From sequence record OQ420740.1: a DNA stretch of 64,000 nucleotides; one strand, 5' to 3'. Position numbers and translations under genes: made by a program. Positions 9,001 to 17,732 of this stretch are shown here, piece by piece. The stretch comes from Escherichia phage B9-1. The notes below the pieces were generated by a model. It was given only the letters and a program-made list of their open reading frames with translations. It was not told the origin of the DNA and searched no databases. The stretch's first letter is position 1; every line of letters starts with the position of its first letter.

Positions 9001-11710
9001 TTTAGGCAACGCTGTTGACCCATATATCATCATGACAGCACTAAGATCGAACATGGACGGAACATCCATATCTATGCAAGTTCCAGTAACAAACGGGTAC
9101 AAACGTGTTGTGATGATCATTAAGTGCGACTTAATAGGTAAGCAAGTTCTTGCAGAAAACGGAACCTCAACACATCTATTCGAGACTGCTCTGCATTATC
9201 AGTTTGCTGATTCACCTTTTGCAGGGGATAAGAGAATATCTGATACAGACAACACTCGATGCAAGAAATTTATGCTTGGTGGTGGATGGTGGTGGTATGA
9301 ATTTGATTTAACAGACAAATTCACTGACACGTCTAAAGTGGTGACAGGGCTTCGTCTAGATCTTGGCGAAAACATGCACAAAAGTGTTTGTGATGGCACC
9401 TACGGTGACCCAACAATCTACTTAAAGTATGTCTCTTTTGAGCATCCGGAAGATGTTGTTTACGGTCCAAAACTGAGATTGTTTGGCAGTTGGATTGCAA
9501 AAGACAGGGTAGGCATGGGTAAAAAGGTAAGAGGGTTCTTGGTTGATGCAGGAACAGAAGACATGCTGGTTAATGCAGTGTGGCCTGAATTACCTGGGAC
9601 TCAGTGGGATAACTCAGCCAAGTCCATAAACTGGTTCAACATTCACAGAGCTATGTGGACAACTAACTGCTACCTGTGGAAAGAGTTGAATGACGGCGCT
9701 TTCGGGTTTACAGGTGGCAGAAGAATGGCAATCATTTGCTGGACAACGCTGCAAAGATGTTATGACCATGACTACGAGATTGGGGGTAGGGCATGGAAAA
9801 ATATTAGGGATAGAATCATAACTAACTTCGCAGACCCTAATGGTGGTGGAGCGTATGGCTTCGACTGCAGCAGGCTCATCCATTTGAACGGGTCCTCTGC
9901 ATATAAGAAAGAGGGTTACTCTGGATCTATGATTGAGTGGGGCCTGGTGAAAGATGCTCGCGTATTGATGGGTCAACAACTTGCTGCTGCAATAGGACCT
10001 AACGCAGTGCAGTCTGTTAAACCAGCGTGGTTCGATATCCCAATATGGTCATCTGGAACACCAGGAACTGCGGCAATCAACCCTACCACTGGGGATCTGG
10101 AAATCTCTTGGGAGGACTTGAAGCAGGTTGGTGGCTGGGATAAGACAGGCTACCAGGTACAATGGTGGAGATCTGACGGATCGTTAGCGGCTGATGAGTT
10201 TGTTAAGGACAATTTCTACACTATGTCCTCTGCAAAAGCACAGCAATTGTTTGGTCAGGCAACTCCGTCAACGATCACCATGTCCATGTGCTGTAAAGAC
10301 AACAGGACTGGAGCCCTGGGACCAAGGGTTGCTAAAGTTTTCTCAGGTATTAAATGGAATCTCCCTGTTCAAAGTGTTTCATGGAAGCAAATAGGTGATA
10401 ACAAGCTGCTGGTTACTCCTGCCTGTCAGTTCAACGCAACTCTTAACGTTGATCCTGCTGTTGCGGCAAACTCAGCTAAAGCTTCTGACTTCTCTGTGTC
10501 TAACACTGCTATGGCAGATGTGAGGAAGATTGATACACTGAATGCCAGAATTACCTGTAAAAACACTTATGGCACATTCCAGATCATCAACAACTTCACA
10601 GATGCTGATTCTAAGGTAGTGAGGACAGCAAGCCAGACTATGCAGTTGGGAACTCTGGCATACTCTGCCTTGATCACTGAACAATCTCCTACCCTTCAGG
10701 GTGGGGGTGTTGGTAAGTTGATCACAACACCTGTGTGGAAGCCAAATGAGTGGGTTGTGTTTGATTTGACTGTAGACTTCTCCAGTGACAATAACTGGAC
10801 ATGGGTAAGGAATTGCTTGTCACAGTTGATGGGTGGTCCAAGCTCTGTTAGTGATAGCCACGACTCTACTGACCCGAGCGTGTTCCAGGTGGGTAAAACT
10901 CACCCAGAAACTGGGGCACAGTTGCCTGACAGGAAGTATGCTTTGGTTTGCATCTCTTACGGAAAAGCAGATGTCACCTTCTCAGGGACGCACACTTATA
11001 ACGGAACTTACAACTTCTCAAGGAAGTATAGTCTCAAGGCTGGTAACATTATAGATGAAGTTGGTGCGTTGTATAACCCAGGTAACGGCATAGGGATTGT
11101 GGGTGGTAAACTGCAGATGCAGGAACCTTCTATTACCCCTTCCAATGTGTCTGGGATTAGAAAGACTTGGGAAAGCAGTAATACCAACATTGCAACAGTG
11201 GATGCTACCACAGGGCTGGTAACATTTAAAGCCCCTGGTAATGTCACTATAAAGTTTGTAGTTACTGATGATGCAGGGCGCAAAACGTCTTCAACATCTT
11301 TTACTGTCAAACAGATGACACCACAGTGGAGAATGTGGATAGGTACAGCAACAAACGGGGCATACCCTAATCCGGCAGGTACTTCTGGTATGAAGACTTT
11401 CTCTACAAGCAAACCGATGGAGTACGGCAGCGGTCCTAAGGTAGGGCAGATGGTGTACTTTGGTGCGTATATTCCTGAAATTATAGGGCTTCCGAGAAGT
11501 CAGCTTCAGTTGCTGTTTGGGGCTGGTGTTGACGATCTTGCCACTTTCGGGTATAGCGACAACATCGAGGCTGCAAGGAGTTCAGGATGGGTAGGGTTCA
11601 GAATGGAGTCTGGAAAGGAAGGCAGGATTCTAGGGACAGCCTCTATAGGTGTTATGTTCCCTGGTGACCAGCAGTATCGTCTGGAAGCCTACGCGACTTT
11701 CTCTCTTTAA
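6074..11710 (+). CDS. large virion-associated protein with C-terminal bacterial Ig-like (Big_2) domain
   Basis: 1878-aa uninterrupted ORF; segment SNTNIATVDATTGLVTFKAPGNVTIKFVVTDDAGRKTSSTSFTV fits the Big_2 fold signature; all antisense ORFs inside are short. Confidence 0.6.
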   Translation: MLPIPLLKLGRHFLDKRGGVKELAVLSYPIDNSDGTSTTVAYVNSLAILFDDGQLNITGYNKFGECRTGDRNPINYPSETAWNVDHVWRADRAFVIRTFDNQFFYIGCTAGLIGSTAAGGNDVCVNEWTPLPEQIVQGLHLDTHPERLIEVMGGINNTVWVMAEAEGDGILHLYGSGNNTYGSLHVDKNQHATPVKIGETSENPETGPWKNPSINCEVHDNSVIFGGPRGFWIAGYDFLRNNSRNTLVWPPAQITRDDLRGIPADEEWKGFMCGPNGAVVATQRMHRPDDQQLVNVFYGQNVWGDDTWRALNITYTHEVIMARGYGTSGIFFNNGTKQYRGFSRNLCNDIGAQSANNNPRADFVHYQALATAKYVEQRLPVSWTESVYFQGIHREGFLGTFTVVNGKLWWSGIPRGSFAGSNNLFGGRLNSQGFTEVPENWYKNVPVDSWGVDDIFDVNGVSSVSNIYIGDTVKMKLKPQPEGATFIIDKIELVNAAGTVVTDANYQFSTNWNHGGANEVVVTQYNRNVNRRGLYSVKITYHDKHGTGRTHTTRTLNWNTIVPAYPSDGKWHTVGRNKQFHVNDTVYFGLNGTQPAVEGDTSYMVRLHRMDAGSVTYDVTQEIYDQRRNTYNNLVQTQAVWEFNPNGRGGKMLQVNEQNGTSLTVHEHPDPWPDPGKPHPGARTLKIVSHDAGYFGIRWEATVRYADGTTNNIGITLGGTSEDSSLKIAYTPRGISIDNMDVVRNGYGDVNVKVTLGEHLGGERIIMYAFDHDPRTNGTYANQAWSYLINAPEPNTKEFYYGMKRDVCKKTGTHDWIAICVKDERTAWDEPVNRWFIGIPTRSDKYIAEYIVCMGGTNLNMCWNEDANKYSDYDYMRDYSCNQWFNQSTGYPPRQARVNPAIFTDTQVFLTKQANEVQTFKNKYDPNKWFYNCYGAFFWGPGELPNGGSCFEAATYASDRFMGQVKKYKIIPGPETLGNAVDPYIIMTALRSNMDGTSISMQVPVTNGYKRVVMIIKCDLIGKQVLAENGTSTHLFETALHYQFADSPFAGDKRISDTDNTRCKKFMLGGGWWWYEFDLTDKFTDTSKVVTGLRLDLGENMHKSVCDGTYGDPTIYLKYVSFEHPEDVVYGPKLRLFGSWIAKDRVGMGKKVRGFLVDAGTEDMLVNAVWPELPGTQWDNSAKSINWFNIHRAMWTTNCYLWKELNDGAFGFTGGRRMAIICWTTLQRCYDHDYEIGGRAWKNIRDRIITNFADPNGGGAYGFDCSRLIHLNGSSAYKKEGYSGSMIEWGLVKDARVLMGQQLAAAIGPNAVQSVKPAWFDIPIWSSGTPGTAAINPTTGDLEISWEDLKQVGGWDKTGYQVQWWRSDGSLAADEFVKDNFYTMSSAKAQQLFGQATPSTITMSMCCKDNRTGALGPRVAKVFSGIKWNLPVQSVSWKQIGDNKLLVTPACQFNATLNVDPAVAANSAKASDFSVSNTAMADVRKIDTLNARITCKNTYGTFQIINNFTDADSKVVRTASQTMQLGTLAYSALITEQSPTLQGGGVGKLITTPVWKPNEWVVFDLTVDFSSDNNWTWVRNCLSQLMGGPSSVSDSHDSTDPSVFQVGKTHPETGAQLPDRKYALVCISYGKADVTFSGTHTYNGTYNFSRKYSLKAGNIIDEVGALYNPGNGIGIVGGKLQMQEPSITPSNVSGIRKTWESSNTNIATVDATTGLVTFKAPGNVTIKFVVTDDAGRKTSSTSFTVKQMTPQWRMWIGTATNGAYPNPAGTSGMKTFSTSKPMEYGSGPKVGQMVYFGAYIPEIIGLPRSQLQLLFGAGVDDLATFGYSDNIEAARSSGWVGFRMESGKEGRILGTASIGVMFPGDQQYRLEAYATFSL

Positions 11711-11720
11711 CAAGTAGTAG

Positions 11721-11755
11721 ATAAAAAAGGGGCCAAATGGCCCCTTTCTTTTTAT
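11721..11755. terminator. bidirectional rho-independent terminator
   Basis: AAAAAAGGGGCCAAATGGCCCCTTTCTTTTT: perfect GGGGCC/GGCCCC stem flanked by an A-run and a T-run, between convergent genes 6074..11710 (+) and 11758..11958 (-). Confidence 0.7.
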
Positions 11756-11757
11756 AG

Positions 11758-11958
11758 TTAGTAATACTCCCAACATGCCCCATCTTCAGACGGCTTGACG
11801 CGCTTACCTTTATGGTCAACATAGGTATAGCCACAACCTTCACAAATAACAGGTGCTGCATAGCCTTCCTTCCACTGATCCTCAGTGATCAGACCTTCCA
11901 AATCTTTGCAGTCAAAGCCAAACAACTCTTCAGAGCAATCTTTACAAAAATCAGCCAT
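11758..11958 (-). CDS. small Cys-rich protein (zinc-ribbon-like)
   Basis: 66 aa; CxxC...CxxC pattern (DFCKDC ... CEGCG); SD GAGGA upstream. Confidence 0.5.
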   Translation of the reverse strand: MADFCKDCSEELFGFDCKDLEGLITEDQWKEGYAAPVICEGCGYTYVDHKGKRVKPSEDGACWEYY

Positions 11959-11961
11959 TTC

Positions 11962-12369
11962 TCAGTCCTCGCATTTAACAAATTTTTCTACAGATCCACC
12001 AAGCACAGCTTGTTGTTTGATGGCACTTTCTTCTTCATAGTGGATAGACTTATGTGCCGTACCTCCGAACTTACCTGTGTGGAAGGTGTGCACCCAAATC
12101 TCTTTGGGAAGGGATTTATTCTCTTCTTCCACCAATTCCCACATACCCCACAAGTGATCTGTGATATCTTTGATGAAATACCCCTCGCCGAGGTTTGTAT
12201 TCACACTATAGGCCGATTCGTGATCTCCACAAATATAACGGAAGGCAGTGTACTCCTTCCCAGGTGTGAAGTGGGTATCCATCAGTATAGCTGTTAGAGA
12301 ATTAGGGTCTCGAAAGCCCAAGAACTTTAGTTTAACAATTTCGACGTTCACACTTGCAAGATTATCCAT
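11962..12369 (-). CDS. hypothetical protein
   Basis: ATG at 12369 has strong SD GAGGAG 6 nt upstream; the longer track ORF begins at a TTG (12444) with no SD. Confidence 0.5.
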   Translation of the reverse strand: MDNLASVNVEIVKLKFLGFRDPNSLTAILMDTHFTPGKEYTAFRYICGDHESAYSVNTNLGEGYFIKDITDHLWGMWELVEEENKSLPKEIWVHTFHTGKFGGTAHKSIHYEEESAIKQQAVLGGSVEKFVKCED

Positions 12370-12532
12370 GACAATCTCCTCTGCTTGGTTGATGAGATAA
12401 TCATATATAAATCTGGTGTTGATGTCAAGCTTAATTTTAAGCAATTTGAGAGGGTATTTTATTTAGAAGGGTAATCACACAGAGGCAGGTAGTTTATGAA
12501 GGCATAGGCCTCGTTTGAGGCCTTAAAATAGG

Positions 12533-12916
12533 TTACGACGATACCTTGACAGATTTATCTGATAAAGCTGGGAAACCTAAAGCAGCACCAAGACCGCCAT
12601 ACGCTATCCACCACTGGAGTTCATCGTGGCACCATTTTCCAATCAAGAAGGTGCTGTAGTAGCGGGTCAGTATCTTGGCATATGCTTTAGGATCTGCATT
12701 CTCCGGTATGATAATGCTTGGTGGGCGTTTGTTATGACCACAGCAGCAGTTTAAGGTCTTCAATCCTGCCGCCCATAGGCTCATGATAGGTTTAGCCATG
12801 CACTTATCAAGGCACACACGTTTTTTGCCGTCACGGAGCTTTTTAGGCACATCAACGATAACATTTGGATGCTTGGCACCTTTCACTTTCCAATTATAAG
12901 ATTTACACTTGCACAT
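12533..12916 (-). CDS. hypothetical Cys-rich protein
   Basis: 127 aa ORF with SD GGAG; multiple Cys (CKCK, CLDKC, NCCCGH); function not recognised. Confidence 0.55.
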   Translation of the reverse strand: MCKCKSYNWKVKGAKHPNVIVDVPKKLRDGKKRVCLDKCMAKPIMSLWAAGLKTLNCCCGHNKRPPSIIIPENADPKAYAKILTRYYSTFLIGKWCHDELQWWIAYGGLGAALGFPALSDKSVKVSS

Positions 12917-12946
12917 TTAGTCAGTCTCCATCTAGAAAGCCATATT

Positions 12947-13117
12947 TTACTTAAAGTCTTTGTCACCTATTACGATTGCACGAATCCACTCATTGTGATG
13001 CTCAATGGATGTAAGGTGTAACATAATGCAGTGATTGTCATTACCAAACACGGCTCGATAAGCCTTAGCAGCACCATGATATAACTTCCACATCACGTAA
13101 TGGTATCTTCGTTTCAT
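12947..13117 (-). CDS. small hypothetical protein (56 aa)
   Basis: ATG overlaps the stop of upstream gene 13114..13593 (ATGA coupling); SD GGAG 8 nt upstream; below the 60-aa track cutoff. Confidence 0.35.
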   Translation of the reverse strand: MKRRYHYVMWKLYHGAAKAYRAVFGNDNHCIMLHLTSIEHHNEWIRAIVIGDKDFK

Positions 13118-13593
13118 GGTTCTTTCTCCGGTTCAGGATCTGGATAATCTTCAATAATAAAGGGCCATCCGTTACGCTTAGCGTCAGACTTATACTCAAT
13201 CTCCTTCATTGCAAACTCTAACTGATTCTTAGCCGGAATGCAAGCTGGAGAATCATCAACCCAGATGTCTGGGTAGATATCAAACTGCGCCAGATAAGCG
13301 GCCTTCTGAACGCCTTCAGTATAAAACACTCCAACATCTAACTCCTTGCGCCAGTATTCGATGTCCACGTTGTCTTGAGTGATGAATCGGAAAGTCACAA
13401 GATAGACTGTCCACCCTTCCTTCTTCAGGTCCTTAATAAGGCGGGAGAAGATGAAAGGGCTCGCATTAAACGTTCCATCAAAGTCGATAGCAATGATGTG
13501 GGTGCCGTGACGAGTCTCATATGGATTGCTCGTGGTGAGATTGCTGTAGTTGAAAGGTACTTCTTCTCCGCAGTAGCTGTAGTCCATATTCAC
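13114..13593 (-). CDS. HAD-superfamily phosphatase (nucleotidase / phosphatase-like)
   Basis: 159 aa; HAD motif I IAIDFDGT and later WVDDSP acidic motif. Confidence 0.6.
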   Translation of the reverse strand: MNMDYSYCGEEVPFNYSNLTTSNPYETRHGTHIIAIDFDGTFNASPFIFSRLIKDLKKEGWTVYLVTFRFITQDNVDIEYWRKELDVGVFYTEGVQKAAYLAQFDIYPDIWVDDSPACIPAKNQLEFAMKEIEYKSDAKRNGWPFIIEDYPDPEPEKEP

Positions 13594-13865
13594 ACCTTCT
13601 CGTTGATAAATTTACGGGCGGTTTGGTGAGTTGTTTCTGCTGTCTTCAGAATGATATTAATTTTATTGTCAAGATCATTCATCTCAGCAGTTAATTCAGG
13701 AATCTCTCCAGCATGCATGGTGAAATCATACATAGACATACCCAGGATCTCATTGATTCGGCGGTTGCATTCTGCAGCACGTTGGTTCATTTTCCAAGCT
13801 AACACTAGAGCCTCTTGCGTAGCCTCTAGTGCAAAGTCTAATACGTCAGCTTCTTCTTTCGTCAT
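13590..13865 (-). CDS. hypothetical protein
   Basis: 91 aa ORF, 4-nt overlap with downstream gene (operon coupling). Confidence 0.55.
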   Translation of the reverse strand: MTKEEADVLDFALEATQEALVLAWKMNQRAAECNRRINEILGMSMYDFTMHAGEIPELTAEMNDLDNKINIILKTAETTHQTARKFINEKV

Positions 13866-13921
13866 CTCAGTCTCTCTTGTTGTATTGTTGATAGGTGTAT
13901 GAATGCTTTATAACTCACCTT

Positions 13922-14488
13922 TTATTCAAACTGCAATAGCAAATCCACTACCGCGCTAGGTCTGTCAACAAACTCACCGGGTCCACATGCCCACAGAGGG
14001 TATCCGTCTACATACCGCCAAATCCAACCTGCAGTGTGGAGTTCTAGCAGGGCAGTACCGTCCTTACTGTCAACCACTCTTTCCCACAGTGTTGGGCAGC
14101 GAAGCTTGAGGATCGGATCCCCTCCCTTATACCCATCCATGTAGATACCCATTGCAAAGTTCAGCATCATCTTTTTGTGCACTGACCTCTTACTGAGGGT
14201 GCTCATCACTTCCTCTTTGTGGATGTTTGTAAGCTTCTCCTTGGCTACCTGCAGATCGTTGCAGCCATTGTTCAGAAGATCTTCCAGACACTTGACCCGA
14301 AGGTCGTGAATATCTTTGTCGTGCACCGTTGGTACAGGGTCGTAGCGATATAGCACTGTTGATACAAGGTTGCTCGGGTGTGGGTCTGACAGCAACCCAT
14401 AACCCCAATACTCCTCTGTATCTGAAAGGACAAGACACCCAATGTCTCTGTCAAGCTTTCCTGTGTTGTAAGCCACATTGACCGCCAT
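13922..14488 (-). CDS. hypothetical protein
   Basis: 188 aa ORF in the leftward operon; embedded ORFs in other frames judged spurious. Confidence 0.55.
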   Translation of the reverse strand: MAVNVAYNTGKLDRDIGCLVLSDTEEYWGYGLLSDPHPSNLVSTVLYRYDPVPTVHDKDIHDLRVKCLEDLLNNGCNDLQVAKEKLTNIHKEEVMSTLSKRSVHKKMMLNFAMGIYMDGYKGGDPILKLRCPTLWERVVDSKDGTALLELHTAGWIWRYVDGYPLWACGPGEFVDRPSAVVDLLLQFE

Positions 14489-14490
14489 AA

Positions 14491-14736
14491 TTATAGCTCC
14501 ACTAGCAAAGTGCTCTCAAAATGCCTCTCATGCAGACCACTATAAGGAACCACTTCCACAACACCGTCGCGGATGTATGGAGTCATCATGGTGACATAAT
14601 CACCGAACGGGTTGGCATTATCACTAACCACGACCACATGCTGCCCCTCCTTGGCAGAGTGCCAGATAGATCTGCACTTCATCATGTGTTCGAGAGCGCC
14701 AGGTAAAATCTTGTTACGTTCTTTACGGGTCTTCAT
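14491..14736 (-). CDS. hypothetical small protein
   Basis: 81 aa ORF; tightly packed with neighbours. Confidence 0.5.
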   Translation of the reverse strand: MKTRKERNKILPGALEHMMKCRSIWHSAKEGQHVVVVSDNANPFGDYVTMMTPYIRDGVVEVVPYSGLHERHFESTLLVEL

Positions 14737-15182
14737 AACAGATATAGCTCCTTATGAAAGTGGGCTTTCAATTTCTCACCGAGAAACTTCTTGATACCTT
14801 CCTCTAAAGTGTTTTCGATGTAGTCCAGCTTAACTGCTTCGATAGACATATCATAGATCGCCAGCTCTAAGCTGTCAAGTCCCATCATAGCATGAACCAT
14901 AAGATTTTCATCTTCAGATACATTCAGGGGACTTCCTATAACATCTGGAGGCAGAATAGTTTCCCAATTATTCTGGGCGGTAGATCTCCCGCCATCCACC
15001 TTACGTCTCAGCTCGAATGTATTCTTAGTGTAGAACACTTCATAAGAAACGATACGACTGTCACTCTCATAATAGACGAAGTTCAAGTAGGAGCCCAGCC
15101 GTAGTCGGCAAACTTCTACCCCAAACCATTGTTTCTTATAAGAATTCAGGCTAATGCTGTCGCATTCACGTTTGCTCAACAC
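14733..15182 (-). CDS. hypothetical protein
   Basis: 149 aa ORF overlapping downstream gene by 4 nt. Confidence 0.55.
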   Translation of the reverse strand: MLSKRECDSISLNSYKKQWFGVEVCRLRLGSYLNFVYYESDSRIVSYEVFYTKNTFELRRKVDGGRSTAQNNWETILPPDVIGSPLNVSEDENLMVHAMMGLDSLELAIYDMSIEAVKLDYIENTLEEGIKKFLGEKLKAHFHKELYLL

Positions 15183-15198
15183 GGCTCTCTCCTTCTTG

Positions 15199-15432
15199 TT
15201 AATCTTCGTAAATAATGATTTCTGCTTTAGGTTTTCGTGCTTTCAGGTCCAGCTCTATCCAGTGCACCATCGCTGTTTCAAGAAAAACAGCCTGGATGCA
15301 TCCGTCTTCAGCGTGCCCTACCAGCATAACAAGATCTTCACATTCATCATCTGCATCACGGACATACAAGATCTCTCCAGATTCAAAGTCTTTCACAACC
15401 TGATTGCTGGATAATTTACGAATTTTTGCCAT
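15199..15432 (-). CDS. hypothetical small protein (distant member of the tandem 87-aa family?)
   Basis: 77 aa ORF adjacent to three tandem paralogs, similar size and charge pattern. Confidence 0.5.
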   Translation of the reverse strand: MAKIRKLSSNQVVKDFESGEILYVRDADDECEDLVMLVGHAEDGCIQAVFLETAMVHWIELDLKARKPKAEIIIYED

Positions 15433-15433
15433 A

Positions 15434-15697
15434 TCAGAAACCCTCTAAAAAGCTCTTGTAGAAAATAATCTCAGTATCCACACCAGTCACGATCTTGTCG
15501 TTCCTGATTTCATCTGTAAGATAGGTGTCAAAACGCAGCACCTGTGTGGTATTGTCACACATCCACTCGGCTGTTACCATGGCAAAAATCTTAGCATCTT
15601 CATTATCTGGTGTAAATGTCACCACCTCACCGCATTTAAACTTTTCGATAGGTTGCGTGTTAGCTTTTGGTTCTGCAATGGTGATTTTCGTGGTCAT
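15434..15697 (-). CDS. small protein, tandem paralog 1 of 3
   Basis: 87 aa; shares the G.VV...D...... V(M/A)(I/L)V motif and length with 15697..15960 and 15960..16223. Confidence 0.55.
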   Translation of the reverse strand: MTTKITIAEPKANTQPIEKFKCGEVVTFTPDNEDAKIFAMVTAEWMCDNTTQVLRFDTYLTDEIRNDKIVTGVDTEIIFYKSFLEGF

Positions 15698-15960
15698 TAT
15701 TCTCCTCCTTCTTTTGAATAGCTTGTCTCTCCAAGGATGGTAATTTTGGTGTCAAGCTCTGTAACTTTCATGTTTGGTGGCAGATCGTACAACTCATTAT
15801 TTTCTAAATCGAACCCCCATACACAATGTTCCCCTGTTTTGACAATCATAACTATGTTTTGAATGCCGTCTCCGTCACAACTTACCACGGTCCCACATGG
15901 AAAACTGTCTGCACGCTTTTTGTTCTTCACTTTAGAATTGAATACAATGCTAGTAGCCAT
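15697..15960 (-). CDS. small protein, tandem paralog 2 of 3
   Basis: 87 aa; start overlaps the stop of the upstream gene; paralogous to neighbours. Confidence 0.55.
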   Translation of the reverse strand: MATSIVFNSKVKNKKRADSFPCGTVVSCDGDGIQNIVMIVKTGEHCVWGFDLENNELYDLPPNMKVTELDTKITILGETSYSKEGGE

Positions 15961-16223
15961 TATTGTTCCTCCACCATAACTTCGCCAAGAATTTCTATGC
16001 AGGCATCCATTTCTGTAACAACCAAGGTGTGAGGTAGTTCTGCAAACACCTTTCTGAACAGGTCAAATACCCCAACATATATGTTTGCAGGATGTGATCT
16101 CACAACAAGTGCTGTATTCACATCTCCAAGTTCATCAACAAACATCACCACAGTACCTGGAGCTACTGAAGACAGATACTTCTTAGTTTTACGGTTGGAT
16201 GCAAATTTTAACTCTGTTGCCAT
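15960..16223 (-). CDS. small protein, tandem paralog 3 of 3
   Basis: 87 aa; MATELKFASNRKTKK... resembles MATSIVFNSKVKNKK... of paralog 2. Confidence 0.55.
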   Translation of the reverse strand: MATELKFASNRKTKKYLSSVAPGTVVMFVDELGDVNTALVVRSHPANIYVGVFDLFRKVFAELPHTLVVTEMDACIEILGEVMVEEQ

Positions 16224-16238
16224 AAATAATCTCCTCCT

Positions 16239-17699
16239 TTATTTAACGTACTCGATTAATTCCACAGTTCTCCCAAAGCTAGGGATATAATTTTTATTAT
16301 ACCCTTCGGTGAGAACCCATAAAGTATCGTACTTTTTCCACTTGTTGTCAACAGCCTTTTGTTCAAAGTTATGCTCAAAGTATAGGTCGGTAAGGACGAT
16401 GACATCTTTTGCATTTGGTATGTTAGCATCCAGATACTCGAACACGCAGGCGGCTGTTGTGCCCCATGTTGAGTGGACCTCATAGTTGATCATCTCATCG
16501 ATGTTACCGCGAGTGTATACTTTAACCTCTCCAACCTCGGTTGACCAACAGAACATCGTAACCTTAAACTCTTTATACAAATTGCACAACCCGGTGATCT
16601 CATTGAACATTTTCTTTAAAGTTCTTTGTGAGATCGATCCAGAAACGTCTAAAGCCACCACAATATCTATAGTGTTTTCCGGATTACGACCAGGAACAAT
16701 AACGTGCTGATTCTTGTTTATAGCTCCAACTTTTCGCATTGTGGTGGTCAAAGACCCAGATCGGCGACCCGGTTTTCTGTAGGTTAACTCAGCCTTCCTT
16801 TTAGATAACATACGTTGCTTAATAATATCTATATAATTGATTACAGGCTTGCCTCTGTTTTTGACAAACTCGCGCACCGCCTCGGGGCAACGACCTCCTG
16901 AAGCTTGCATTGCTGCTTCCAACATGTCACCAGAGTCCTGCATGGCCTGATCTTTATCCGATTGACTGATTACTGGTTGCGGCTGATCATACCCCATAGC
17001 CTTTCCAAGATCATCACTAGTGCCACCGTTCCCGCTCATGTGATCATCGGTTTGTCGTTTATCTCCTTGGGAGTTCTCTCCTTTACCGTTCTTACTTTTA
17101 CCGCTATTCTGATCTCTTTGTTTATCAAGAACTGCATAGACGTTCTCAGCAATCCATCCATGAAACTTCATGTCGCAGTAGCAACTAGCTAAGAAGCCAA
17201 AAGGCTTACCTTTTACGAACTCAGTGCTTTTCCCCTTCGGGAAGAAAACACAAGGAGGCTTGCTAAAGTCAACCACAAGACCTGTGTTGATAACGTGATC
17301 ACAAGCAATATTGAACAGTTCCGGCTCAAAGCTTTTACCACGGACCAGATGATCACAGATAATATGCCCCACCTCATGTGACAGAAGAAAGGCCACCTCT
17401 TTCACAGATTTTGGGGAATAGAAAACCTCAGCCATCTCAAACTGCTTGTCAGTCAGAGATGCTTTAAGAATGGTTTTACGCTCATCTGCCAACCCCATAA
17501 TGAACTCAGGGCTGTAGTAGATGCGTTTATGGTCTGTTGCCATAGTGGAGCACCATGTGTGGTTTTCTACGAACTGCAACCCTGACAACAGTGTGCCATA
17601 AAACGGCAGCTTTTCAAGAAGGTACATGCGAGCGGCCTGCAGCATTCGCAAGGCATCATCTTTTTGTGCGGTAATGATTTCTGAACTTCTGCTATCCAT
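16239..17699 (-). CDS. metallopeptidase-like (HExxH) + von Willebrand factor A (vWA) domain protein
   Basis: N-terminal HEVGHIICDH (HExxH) and C-terminal VALDVSGSIS (MIDAS DxSxS) match the DUF2201_N putative metallopeptidase + VWA-like architecture that partners with MoxR ATPases; start taken at ATG 17699 (SD GGAG), the track start 17720 lies inside an intergenic hairpin. Confidence 0.65.
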   Translation of the reverse strand: MDSRSSEIITAQKDDALRMLQAARMYLLEKLPFYGTLLSGLQFVENHTWCSTMATDHKRIYYSPEFIMGLADERKTILKASLTDKQFEMAEVFYSPKSVKEVAFLLSHEVGHIICDHLVRGKSFEPELFNIACDHVINTGLVVDFSKPPCVFFPKGKSTEFVKGKPFGFLASCYCDMKFHGWIAENVYAVLDKQRDQNSGKSKNGKGENSQGDKRQTDDHMSGNGGTSDDLGKAMGYDQPQPVISQSDKDQAMQDSGDMLEAAMQASGGRCPEAVREFVKNRGKPVINYIDIIKQRMLSKRKAELTYRKPGRRSGSLTTTMRKVGAINKNQHVIVPGRNPENTIDIVVALDVSGSISQRTLKKMFNEITGLCNLYKEFKVTMFCWSTEVGEVKVYTRGNIDEMINYEVHSTWGTTAACVFEYLDANIPNAKDVIVLTDLYFEHNFEQKAVDNKWKKYDTLWVLTEGYNKNYIPSFGRTVELIEYVK

Positions 17700-17711
17700 T
17701 AAAACTCCAGA

Positions 17712-17728
17712 AGGGGCCATTGGCCCCT
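17712..17728 (-). other. intergenic GC hairpin (terminator/attenuator-like)
   Basis: AGGGGCCATTGGCCCCT, same type as the 11721 terminator, between 17733..18722 and 16239..17699; only a short T-run follows on the minus strand. Confidence 0.4.
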
Positions 17729-17732
17729 GTCA

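Noticed and set aside
6209-11412. Multiple minus-strand and alternative-frame track ORFs inside 6074..11710
   Set aside because: All lie within the single 1878-aa ORF, lack ribosome-binding sites and have low-complexity translations.
17700-17720. Track start codon at 17720 for the vWA/metallopeptidase gene
   Set aside because: That ATG sits inside the intergenic GC hairpin with only a 3-4 nt SD spacing; the ATG at 17699 has GGAG at proper spacing. The longer form cannot be excluded.
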